The notes under the pieces were generated by a model. It did no database searches. It saw only the letters and a list, made by a program, of their open reading frames with translations, and was not told the DNA's origin. Positions 25,036 through 34,173 of a DNA stretch of 47,481 nt are shown here, one piece after another. The position numbers and the translations under genes were made by a program. The DNA comes from an uncultured Gaiellales bacterium (lineage in GTDB: Bacteria; Actinomycetota; Thermoleophilia; Gaiellales; JALYLC01): assembly GCA_964651695.1 (NCBI GenBank), contig CAZYYP010000002.1, forward strand, positions 14,575 to 62,055, written 5' to 3'. Every line of letters starts with the position of its first letter. Position 1 is the stretch's first letter.

Positions 25036-25365
25036 TCACGGCACCAGGCCTTCTTTCGCCACGAACGCGAGCGCCTCGCGTGCCAGCGCGATCCACCCGG
25101 ACTGCGCATCATCGCCGACGCAGATCCACTCCCTGAGTGGTCGTCCCTGACCGCGATCGAACGCGTGCGCCGAGCCGCGGGCGACGAGGTCGGCACAGCG
25201 TGGAGCGGGCAGCTTGACGACGAGCTCGCCGCGCACGAGCAGCGCGAAGATCTTGCCGTTCGCGCGGAGTCCGGGGTTCGCGCCGAAGCCCGTGCCCTGG
25301 CTCACGCCGGCCTCGGACAGGAGGCTCTCGGCGATCGCGGTGAAGGTCGCGTCTGCGCCGCTCAC
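25036..25365 (-). CDS. TfoX/Sxy N-terminal-domain-like protein
   Basis: 109 aa, GTG start, very high GC3. The pattern GKIFALLVRGELVVKL...AHAFDRGQGRPLREWICV...ALAFV resembles the TfoX_N family. Confidence 0.6.
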   Translation of the reverse strand: MSGADATFTAIAESLLSEAGVSQGTGFGANPGLRANGKIFALLVRGELVVKLPAPRCADLVARGSAHAFDRGQGRPLREWICVGDDAQSGWIALAREALAFVAKEGLVP

Positions 25366-25421
25366 GCTGCGCGCGCCCGGGTGACGAGTCCAGCGCGCTC
25401 GCAGCCCTCGGGCGGCCGGGC

Positions 25422-25454
25422 TGCAACGTCAAGGGCCAGACCCTTGACGTTGCA
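25422..25454. other. Perfect 14-bp inverted repeat with a 5-nt centre (operator or I-shaped terminator)
   Basis: TGCAACGTCAAGGG-CCAGA-CCCTTGACGTTGCA. It lies between the SEC-C-motif gene and the TfoX-like gene and is distinctly less GC-rich than its surroundings. Confidence 0.4.
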
Positions 25455-25506
25455 CAGGCCCGCTCTCACGCCAGCTCGCGGAAAGTAGTGGTCACGCCCG
25501 GAGCCG

Positions 25507-25717
25507 TCATGACGCCCGCTCTGCAGGCAGCACCGCTTGAAAGCGCCTCCCCGAGCCGCACGGGCAGGGGTCGTTGCGCCCGAGCTTCTCGACGAGCTCC
25601 TTGCTCGCGTGCACCACGCGCGTGCCACGCTTTACGCCCTGCTCGCTCGGGAAGCCGCGGCGCCGCTTGCTCGTGCGCTCAAAAGGACGCCTGGTCGTCG
25701 GTGTTCGAGGTCTCCAT
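25507..25717 (-). pseudogene. Small SEC-C zinc-motif protein gene, reading frame interrupted twice
   Basis: GAGAGGAG-N6-ATG (25715-25717) opens [12 protein letters not shown] and then meets TGA. The +1 frame continues [10 protein letters not shown]...[21 protein letters not shown]. The final KRCC of the SEC-C motif lies in the next +1 frame, which extends to 25362. Confidence 0.5.
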
Positions 25718-26067
25718 GGTGTGCTCCTCTCGTGGATCGCCAGAGTACGGACGTGCCGAAAGCGGCGCAATCCCGCGTGCCGGCCGAGTCCGGATGCGTT
25801 CTGCCCTCGGGTACCATGTCGCGACTGTCCGCGAGGGTGAAGGGGAGTCGCATGTCGGCTGCGCGCGCACGCTTGTCGGGGCCGCTGTCGTCGTGCCGGC
25901 GATCGACCGACCAGCCCGCTTGGCGCGTGGTTCCAGGGTTCGTTCCTCGACTCCCCGCCGGCGGCGGCGATCCTGCGCGACGATCCGGCTGACAGCCTTT
26001 GGGCGTAGACCACCAGCGGCCGATCCACACCGAGCACCGTCAACTCGAAGCGACCAAAGGAGAGCAC

Positions 26068-27071
<1,004 letters not shown>

Positions 27072-27075
<4 letters not shown>

Positions 27076-28013
27076 TCGAGGGGCTCCTCCGCCGGGGAGC
27101 GAGCCCTGCCCGACCCGGGCCTGGCCCGATGCCGGAGCCGCTGCTGCGCGCGCTCGACCTCTCGATCGCGCGCCGGGTCGAGGGCTTACTGCCCGGGGAT
27201 CACCGCTCGAACCTGCTCGGGCGCGGCAGCGAGCTGGCGCAGATCAGGCCCTACGAGCCGGTCGAGGACGACGTGCGCCAGATCGACTGGAACGTGACGG
27301 CCCGCACGGGCACGCCGCACGTGCGCATCCACCTCGCCGAGCGCGCGCTCGTCACCTGGCTCGTGCTCGACACGTCGCCCTCGATGACGTTCGGCACGGC
27401 CGAGCGCCGGAAGGCCGACGTCGCAGAGGGCGCGGCGCTCGCGATCGGCTACGCGGCGACGCGGCGCGGCAACCGCCTCGGCCTCGTCACGTTCGGCGAC
27501 GAGCAGCCGCGCATGCTGCCTGCGCGGCAGGGCCGCGCCGGCCTGCTCGGTCTGCTGCTCGCGCTGCGCAAGGAGGAGGCCGCGCGGGATCGGCGGGCCG
27601 AGCGCGGAGCGACTTCGATCGGCGAGGCGCTGCAGCGCGTCGGCAACCTCGCCCGGCAGCGCTCGTATGTCGTCGTGGTGTCCGACTTCCGCGGGCCGCG
27701 CGACTGGCGCAGGCCGTTGCTCATGCTCGGGGGACGGCACGATGTCGTGGCGATCGAGATCCGCGATCCGCGCGAGCAGGAGCTGCCGCGCTTCGGGCAA
27801 CTGCGGCTCGTCGACCCCGAGACCGGTCGCCAGCTCAAGGTCGACACCTCGAGCGAGCGGTTGCGGGCGCAGTTCGCCGCAGCGGCCGCCGGCGAGCGAC
27901 GCGAGGTGGCGGCCGAGATCGCCTCGGCGGGTGCGCGGCACGTCGTGCTCGGGACCGAGGGCGATTGGCTGCGCGAGCTGACGGGCTTCCTCCGCCACGC
28001 GGGAGCGCAGTGA
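27072..28013 (+). CDS. DUF58-domain protein (MoxR-associated, VWA-like)
   Basis: The GTG overlaps the moxR stop (GTGA). Signature [27 protein letters not shown] and VLDTSPSM. Confidence 0.85.
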
Positions 28014-28987
28014 GCTTCGCCTCCCCTGTCGCGCTCTGGGCGCTGGTGCTGCTGCCGCTCGCAGCCGCCGGCTACGTCCTGCTCGAACGCAGGCGGATCC
28101 GCGAGGCCTCGCGGTTCGTCGCTCCCGGGCTGCTCCCGAACGTCGTCGACCACGTTCCGGGCTGGCGCAGGCACCTGCCCGCGGCGATCCTGCTGCTCGC
28201 CGTCGCGACGTTCCTGCTCGGCTTCGCGCGCCCGCACGCGACCATCTCGGAGCGCTCCGAACAGGCGACGGTCGTGCTGGCAATCGACACGTCGCACTCG
28301 ATGGCCGCGACCGACGTGCCGCCGACGCGATTGGCAGCCGCCCAGGCGTCGGCCCGGCGCTTCCTCACCGGCCTGCCGAAGTCCTATCGCGTCGCCGTGG
28401 TCGACTTCAGCAGCCTGGCGCAGCTTGCGTCCGCACCGACGACCGATCGCGCCTTCGTGGACGAGGCGCTCGGCGGCCTGCGCATCGGCCAGGGCACGGC
28501 ACTCGGCGACGGCCTCGCGACGGCGGTCGCGGTCGCCCGCGGGACGCCGCAGGGCGTGCAGCCGCCGGCCGGCGAGAAGCCGCCGCCGAGCGCGATCCTG
28601 ATCCTCTCGGACGGCGCCCAGGACGGCGGGCACGTCAAGCTCGCCGACGCCATCAAGCAGGCGCGTCAGGCCAGGATCCCGGTCTTCACGGCGCTGATCG
28701 GAACCCAGGCCGGCGTCGTGCAGGTGCCGCACGTCGGCGGCTACGTCGAGCGCATTCAGGTGCCGCCCGATCCGGCCGCCCTCCGCCAGGTCGCGACACA
28801 GACGAACGGCAGGTACTTCGCCGCGCCCACGGCCGCCGATCTCGCCGCCGTCTACAAGGATCTGAAATCCCGGCTCGGCACGACCCGCAAGGACGAGGAG
28901 ATCACCGTCGCCTTCGCCGGGGCGGGTGCGCTCCTGCTGCTCGCGAGCGGCGTGCTCTCCGTGCTCTGGTTCCGGAGGGTGCCGTGA
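28010..28987 (+). CDS. VWA-domain membrane protein (BatA-like)
   Basis: GTGA overlap with the upstream gene. N-terminal TM helices, MIDAS motif LAIDTSHSM, GTALGDGL, and a C-terminal TM helix. Confidence 0.85.
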   Translation: MSFASPVALWALVLLPLAAAGYVLLERRRIREASRFVAPGLLPNVVDHVPGWRRHLPAAILLLAVATFLLGFARPHATISERSEQATVVLAIDTSHSMAATDVPPTRLAAAQASARRFLTGLPKSYRVAVVDFSSLAQLASAPTTDRAFVDEALGGLRIGQGTALGDGLATAVAVARGTPQGVQPPAGEKPPPSAILILSDGAQDGGHVKLADAIKQARQARIPVFTALIGTQAGVVQVPHVGGYVERIQVPPDPAALRQVATQTNGRYFAAPTAADLAAVYKDLKSRLGTTRKDEEITVAFAGAGALLLLASGVLSVLWFRRVP

Positions 28988-29685
28988 TGCGGGCGGTCGC
29001 AGCGGCGCTCGTGGCCGCCGTCGCGCTCGGGGCCGGCGTCGCGTCCTCGAGTGCCGCGGACGAGTGCCGGGGCCTTCGGGTCTGCATTCCCGTGGCGGGT
29101 CCGTGGGTCGTGATCCCGGCTCCGGCCGATCGTTCCGCGACTGCGCGCTGGCGGCTCGTGTGCCCGCAGGGCGTGGTCGGGGGCGTCGATGCCTTCGCGA
29201 GCGAGACCGCCGTCGCAGTCGAGTTTCCGGGGCGCATCGGGAGCCCCGTCAACCCCGGCATCACGACGACCGGCACGCTCGTGTTCACGGGCACCTACGC
29301 GGGGCACGTCCGCAGGCGCACGAGCTACGAGCCGTTCATCGGCTGCATCCCCGGAGCCGGCGGCGGTCCGCGCACGCCCATGGCTCTCGCGCGCTCGGGC
29401 GCGGTCAAGCCCGGCGATCCCATCACGACGCGCGTGGCGACGCTGCCGGTGGCGCCCGGGCGGCTGGCGCGCGCGACGCTGCGCTGCAAGCGCGGGGAGC
29501 GCCTGCTGCGCAGCACCCACAGCGTGGGCCTCTATACGCTGGGCGCTCCGACGAAGGCGCAGCTCGCGTCCGTGCGCGTCGTCGCCGTGCGGCGCGGCGG
29601 CGCGGTTCTCGTCAGCGCGACGCGGCGCGGACTCGCGCCCGGCGTGTGGGCCGAGGTGCAAGTGCTCGCGGAGTGCGCGCGGTGA
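28984..29685 (+). CDS. Secreted Cys-containing protein of unknown function
   Basis: GTGATG junction with the upstream VWA gene. Signal peptide MMRAVAAALVAAVALGAGVASSSAADE. The mature part has six Cys and looks beta-rich. I recognise no family motif. Confidence 0.6.
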   Translation: MMRAVAAALVAAVALGAGVASSSAADECRGLRVCIPVAGPWVVIPAPADRSATARWRLVCPQGVVGGVDAFASETAVAVEFPGRIGSPVNPGITTTGTLVFTGTYAGHVRRRTSYEPFIGCIPGAGGGPRTPMALARSGAVKPGDPITTRVATLPVAPGRLARATLRCKRGERLLRSTHSVGLYTLGAPTKAQLASVRVVAVRRGGAVLVSATRRGLAPGVWAEVQVLAECAR

Positions 29686-30683
29686 GGCTCGCCTGGCCGC
29701 CGGCGCTGCTCGCGCTCCTGATCGTGCCGCTCGCGGTGGTCGGCTACATCGTGCTCGAACGGCGGCGTGCGCGCTATGCCATCCACTACACGAACATCGA
29801 GGTGCTGGCCGGCGTCGTCACGGCCTCGGCGGTGCGGCGCTGGCGCGCGCTCGTCCCGCCCGTGCTGATCCTGCTCGCCCTCACCTGCGCCGCCGCGGCG
29901 CTCGCGCGCCCCGAGCTGCAGATTTCGGTCGCCAGCGAGCAGGCCTCGATCGCCCTCGTCGTGGACATGTCGGGGTCGATGTCGGCGGAGGACGTGAAGC
30001 CGACGCGTCTCGCAGCCGCCCAGGAGGCCGTGCGGCGCTTTCTCGCCAAGGTGCCGGAAAAGTACCGCGTCGGACTCGTGACCTTCGCCTCGGAGCCGTA
30101 TGTCGCGGCGCCGCTGACCCACGATCGCAACCTCGTGCTGCAGGGTCTCGTGTACGGCTCGACGTTCGGCCGCGGCACGGCGATCGGCGACGCGCTCGCC
30201 CGCTCGGTCGAGCTCCTCGAGCCGCAGGCGAACGGGGAGGCGGGCACGGGAGGCGCTGTGGCACCTCCACCGCTGCCCCGGACGCCGGACGCGCCGCTAG
30301 CGGCGATCCTCCTGCTCTCCGACGGCGCCCAGACCCGCGGCACCCTCGCCCCGCTCGCCGGCGCGCGGCGCGCGAAGTCCTACGGCATCCCGGTCTACAC
30401 GGTCGCGCTCGGCACCCCGAACGGCGTTCTCAGCATCGGGGGCTTCGAGCGTCCCGTCCCGCCCGATCCAACGACCCTGCGCCAGATCGCCCGGACGACG
30501 GGAGGCGAGTTCTTCGCGACGCAGAGCGAGGCGCGGCTCAACGCCGTCTACGAGGATCTCGCCTCGCGGCTCGGGAACAAGCAGGAGTGGCGCGAGCTGA
30601 GCTTCGCCCTCGTCGGCGCGGCGGCGCTGCTCGCACTCGCCGCAACCGGGCTCTCGCTGCTCTGGGTGCAGCGCCTGCCGTGA
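29682..30683 (+). CDS. VWA-domain membrane protein (BatB-like)
   Basis: GTGA overlap. N-terminal TM helices, MIDAS motif VVDMSGSMS, GTAIGDAL, and a C-terminal TM helix. Confidence 0.85.
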   Translation: MRLAWPPALLALLIVPLAVVGYIVLERRRARYAIHYTNIEVLAGVVTASAVRRWRALVPPVLILLALTCAAAALARPELQISVASEQASIALVVDMSGSMSAEDVKPTRLAAAQEAVRRFLAKVPEKYRVGLVTFASEPYVAAPLTHDRNLVLQGLVYGSTFGRGTAIGDALARSVELLEPQANGEAGTGGAVAPPPLPRTPDAPLAAILLLSDGAQTRGTLAPLAGARRAKSYGIPVYTVALGTPNGVLSIGGFERPVPPDPTTLRQIARTTGGEFFATQSEARLNAVYEDLASRLGNKQEWRELSFALVGAAALLALAATGLSLLWVQRLP

Positions 30684-31756
30684 GGATCCCGGCCCTCGGC
30701 ATGGTCTGCGCGGCGGCGGTGCTCGGCCTGGCGGCCGGCGGCTGCGGCGGTGGCTCTGCGACCGTGACGACGGTCAGGACCGTGACGCAGATGGCGCCCT
30801 CCGCCTCTCCGGCCGCGACCCGGGACGAGCGCGCAGCCGATGTCGTCGCTCGCGTGCTGCGCGGAGTCGTGAACGTGCGGACGGTCGGATTCGACGGCAG
30901 TCGCGGCGAGGCCTCAGGCGTCGTCATCGACCCCGCCGGCATCATCGTCACGAACAACCACGTCGTGCAGGGCGCACGCACGCTGACCGTCTACTTCGAC
31001 GACGGCCGGCACACCAAGCCCGTGCGCGCGGAGGTGATCGGCACGGCCGCCGAGCGCGACCTCGCAATCATCCGCGTTCCGCTCCGCGATCTCGTGCCGG
31101 TCCCGCTCGGGCGCTCCTCGACCCTCCGCCTCGGCGACAGCGTGCTCGCCATCGGCTTCCCACTCGGCCTGAACGGCGGCCCGACCGTGACGCAGGGCAT
31201 CGTCTCGGGCCTCGACCGCACGGTGCACGCCGAGGGCGGCCCGTCGCTCGAGGGGCTGCTCCAGACCGACGCAGCGATCAATCCGGGCAACTCGGGCGGC
31301 GCGCTCGTCGATGCCACGGGCAAGCTGATCGGCATCAACACCGTGGCCGCCCGCAGCGCCCAGAACATCGGCTTCGCGATCGCGATCGACGGTGCGCGGC
31401 CGGTGATCGACGAGATCCGCCGCACGCCCGCCGGGGCGCGCGCGTGGATCGGCGTCACGTTCGGCTCGATCGGCAGCGCTGCCGCCGCGGTGCAGATCGG
31501 CCTCCCGCCGGAGACGCGCGGGGCGGCGGCGATCGCCGTCTTCGCGGGCAGCCCCGCATCCAGGGCGGGGCTGCGCGAGGGCGATGCCGTCGTGGCGATC
31601 GGGGGCCACCCCGTGCATTCGGCCGGCGACATGGCCAGGGCGCTCGCCGCCCATAAGCCCGGTGACACGATCGAACTCGACGTCGTCGACCAGTCGGGGC
31701 CGCGGCGCGTCACGATGACGATCGCCCGACAGCCCAGGACGCTGCCCGGCGGCTGA
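30680..31756 (+). CDS. HtrA/DegP-like trypsin-fold serine protease with PDZ domain, probable lipoprotein
   Basis: GTGA overlap. Lipobox-like LAAGGC. Catalytic His (VTNNHVV), Asp (DLAII) and Ser (GNSGGAL). C-terminal PDZ domain (GSPASRAGLREGDAVVAIGG). Confidence 0.85.
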   Translation: MRIPALGMVCAAAVLGLAAGGCGGGSATVTTVRTVTQMAPSASPAATRDERAADVVARVLRGVVNVRTVGFDGSRGEASGVVIDPAGIIVTNNHVVQGARTLTVYFDDGRHTKPVRAEVIGTAAERDLAIIRVPLRDLVPVPLGRSSTLRLGDSVLAIGFPLGLNGGPTVTQGIVSGLDRTVHAEGGPSLEGLLQTDAAINPGNSGGALVDATGKLIGINTVAARSAQNIGFAIAIDGARPVIDEIRRTPAGARAWIGVTFGSIGSAAAAVQIGLPPETRGAAAIAVFAGSPASRAGLREGDAVVAIGGHPVHSAGDMARALAAHKPGDTIELDVVDQSGPRRVTMTIARQPRTLPGG

Positions 31757-31805
31757 CCTCGTGGTCTCACCGGGGGGATGCCGAGTCCGCCGGGGCCCCG
31801 CGCCG

Positions 31806-33095
31806 CTAGCGGGGCGGCAGCTCGGCGCTGAGCTCCGACTCCAGGTGACGCACGGCGGCGGCGGCGCTCGTGAGCGCGCCCTCGAACCAGCCGGCGTGGT
31901 CCTCGGCGACGTCGGATCCCGCGAAGGCGATGCGCCGGCATGGGCGGAATCGCGCCGGATCGACGAGATCGAGGCGTCCGGCCGGCGCCGTCAGCCAGGT
32001 ACCGCGCGAGGCCCGGTCGCCGATCCAGTCGTGGTGGAGGTGCTCCACGAGCTCGGCCTCGGGGAAGAACGCGGCGAGCGCCCGCTCGACGTCCGCGCGC
32101 TGCGACGCGTCGAAGCCCTCCGTCTCCCACCCGAACCCGGTGATGCGCACCAGCCCGTCGACCTCGTCGTCGGCATACCACCAGTGCAGGCCATCGCCGA
32201 CGCCCACCGCGATGCCGTGCGGCGCGACTCCGCGGGCGAGCATGACGACCTTGAGCGCCGAGCCGGCATTCGCGCCGGCAGCCTCGGCAACGCGGTCGGG
32301 CAGCGCAGGCTCGAAGCGGATCCCCGGCAGGCAGTTGATCGGCACGGCGACGACGAGCCCGCGGCTCCGCCATGTCCGGCCGTCCCCGGCGCGGCAGAGG
32401 ACGGCGTCGCCGGCGACCTCGACGGTCTCGACTGCAGTCCGTAGCTCGAGTCGCACGCCGTCTTCTGCGGCGATCGCTGCGGCGAGGGCGCTCCAGCCGT
32501 TCGCCGGGCCGTGGGCGAGGCACGTCACGAGGCCGGTGAGCCCGCCGTGGCCGGCGATCGAGGAGAGCGCGTCGGAGATGGCGCCGCGCTCGGGCGGGGC
32601 GCCGCCCATGAGCTGCCACCATCCGGTCAGGAAGTCGCGGACGGCGGGCGTCGGGTCGAGCGACTCGATGTAGTCGGAGGCCGAGAGGCACCAGGTCGCG
32701 GCCGCCTCGTCCCCCGTGGCCATGGCGTCGCGCGCGACGACCCCGAGGGCACGCTCGAGCGCAGCGAGCTCATCCCACGGCACCGGCAGGCCGTGCCGCA
32801 AGACGCCGCCGGTGCGCCAGCGCAGGTGCAGGCTCTGCGGGTAGTCGCGGATCGGCTGGCCGTAGCGCTCGAGCTCGGTGCGCACCAGCGCTTGATCGGG
32901 CGTGAACCATGAGCCCCCGAGTTCCACCAGCCGCCCGCGGATCTCTGCCGAGTAGCCGCGGCCGCCCACGCGATCGCGCGCCTCCAGGACGATGACCGAC
33001 AGCCCTGTCGCGGCCAGATCACGCGCCGCACTCAGGCCGGCGAGGCCGGCTCCGATGACCACGACGTCGCACTCCGGCGCATTTCCGTGCGTCAC
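31806..33095 (-). CDS. Flavin-containing amine oxidase-family oxidoreductase
   Basis: GTG at 33093-33095 after GGGAGGGGGAGG. FAD fold DVVVIGAGLAGLSAARDL...VLEARDRVGGR. C-terminal FAGSD...GWFEGAL. Confidence 0.85.
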   Translation of the reverse strand: MTHGNAPECDVVVIGAGLAGLSAARDLAATGLSVIVLEARDRVGGRGYSAEIRGRLVELGGSWFTPDQALVRTELERYGQPIRDYPQSLHLRWRTGGVLRHGLPVPWDELAALERALGVVARDAMATGDEAAATWCLSASDYIESLDPTPAVRDFLTGWWQLMGGAPPERGAISDALSSIAGHGGLTGLVTCLAHGPANGWSALAAAIAAEDGVRLELRTAVETVEVAGDAVLCRAGDGRTWRSRGLVVAVPINCLPGIRFEPALPDRVAEAAGANAGSALKVVMLARGVAPHGIAVGVGDGLHWWYADDEVDGLVRITGFGWETEGFDASQRADVERALAAFFPEAELVEHLHHDWIGDRASRGTWLTAPAGRLDLVDPARFRPCRRIAFAGSDVAEDHAGWFEGALTSAAAAVRHLESELSAELPPR

Positions 33096-33127
33096 GCGAC
33101 GACGATACCTCCCCCTCCCGACCGCCG

Positions 33128-33553
33128 TCAGGCCGGCGGCGGCAGCGCGCCCACCTGGATGAGCACCGAGAGGAAGTCGGCGACCGCCCAGCGCTCGACG
33201 CACCGACCGCGGGCGAAGCGGAGGATGGTGATCCCGGGCACGTCGACAGGCCGGCCCGTCGCGGGCACGCCCATGAACGCCCCGTCGTGCGTTCCGAGGA
33301 ACCGGAAGCCGAGTGTCAGATAGTCGCCGTCGACCAGGGCGTGCTCGACCTCGACGCGCGCATCGGGGAAGCCCTCGAAGATCTGGGCGTAGAACTGCTT
33401 GACGACCGTCCTGGGCGTGAGCGGTCCGGGCGTGTAGCCGTGGAGCACGACGTCGTCGTCGTACAAGGTCTCGAAGTAGTCGTCGCGGTTCCCCGGGTCG
33501 TTGAATGCCGCGATCGCCCTCTCGCCGAGAGCGATCATCTCCTCGCGGGTCAT
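33128..33553 (-). CDS. SnoaL-like ester cyclase / NTF2-fold protein
   Basis: 141 aa. Pattern DDVVLHGY...FPDARVEVEHALVDGDYLTLGFRFLGTHDGAFMGVPATGRPVDVPGITILRF. Confidence 0.8.
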   Translation of the reverse strand: MTREEMIALGERAIAAFNDPGNRDDYFETLYDDDVVLHGYTPGPLTPRTVVKQFYAQIFEGFPDARVEVEHALVDGDYLTLGFRFLGTHDGAFMGVPATGRPVDVPGITILRFARGRCVERWAVADFLSVLIQVGALPPPA

Positions 33554-33785
33554 GCTGCTCCTCGTGCGCCGGTTGACAATGAGCGCCGTGATGATACGCA
33601 GTGGGCAGACGCGGCGAAAGCGCCGTGGCGCGCCGCTGATCTGGAGTTGTCACCTACGGCAGGCGCGAGGATTGTCGCGAAGGGCGTCGCGCCCCCCTCG
33701 CGTGAGCTACAACTCCGGGGCCGCAACTGTCAAGCTTTGACATGCCAGAAATGTCACGGCAAACATTCACCGGAGGTGCAGATCG

Positions 33786-34166
33786 ATGGCCGGGCCCAGG
33801 GCGCAGGTGCAGTTCGCGCAGATACGCGCGAAAATTGACGCGGGAATGCCGGTGGGAGCAGCCATCAAGGCGGTCGCCCAGGAGACGGGTGTGTCTGCCA
33901 ATACGCTCCAGACGGTGTACTACCGCGTGGCGCACGAGACCGGCGTGATCGGGCACCGGAAGCGGGTTCGAGCCGCGAAGTCCGTACGCCAGGCGAAGGC
34001 CTCGCCCACCCGGAGCGCGGGGCGCCCGCGCGCCACAGCCGAACCCTCGACGGCGGAGTTGCTGCGTCAGCTGGCCGAGACGGCGACGGCGCTCGCTGCG
34101 CGCGTGGACGAGCTCGAGCGCGCCGGGGCCCGGCTGCGCGACGTCGAGGCTGCGTTCTCGCGCTAG
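33786..34166 (+). CDS. Small HTH-like protein with a C-terminal coiled-coil segment (unknown function)
   Basis: GGAGG lies 9 nt upstream of the ATG. AIKAVAQETGVSANTLQTVYYRV looks like a helix-turn-helix. The basic middle is followed by LLRQLAETATALAARVDELERAGARL. The gene sits after a 232-nt intergenic region that is lower in GC. Confidence 0.5.
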   Translation: MAGPRAQVQFAQIRAKIDAGMPVGAAIKAVAQETGVSANTLQTVYYRVAHETGVIGHRKRVRAAKSVRQAKASPTRSAGRPRATAEPSTAELLRQLAETATALAARVDELERAGARLRDVEAAFSR

Positions 34167-34173
34167 GCGCGGT

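Noticed and set aside
24634-25488. 284-aa plus-strand ORF that includes the ATG inside the SOS box and could be the LexA-controlled gene
   Set aside because: From 25036 onward it is antisense to the TfoX-like gene, which has much stronger third-position GC bias and family-like sequence. Its own sequence has no recognisable motif. I kept it only as the possibility of a short or antisense transcript in the SOS-box finding.
25717-26067. 350-nt gap between the SEC-C mini-gene and moxR, examined for an ncRNA or small gene (for example the 58-codon Arg-rich ORF starting at ATG 25817)
   Set aside because: Only short imperfect stems are present, no known RNA motif is recognisable, and the candidate ORF is Arg/Ser-rich with no SD. 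I left it unannotated.
33950-33975. GGGTTCGAGCC segment resembling a tRNA T-arm
   Set aside because: It has no complementary stem partner, no acceptor or anticodon arms around it, and it lies inside the coding frame of the 33786-34166 gene.
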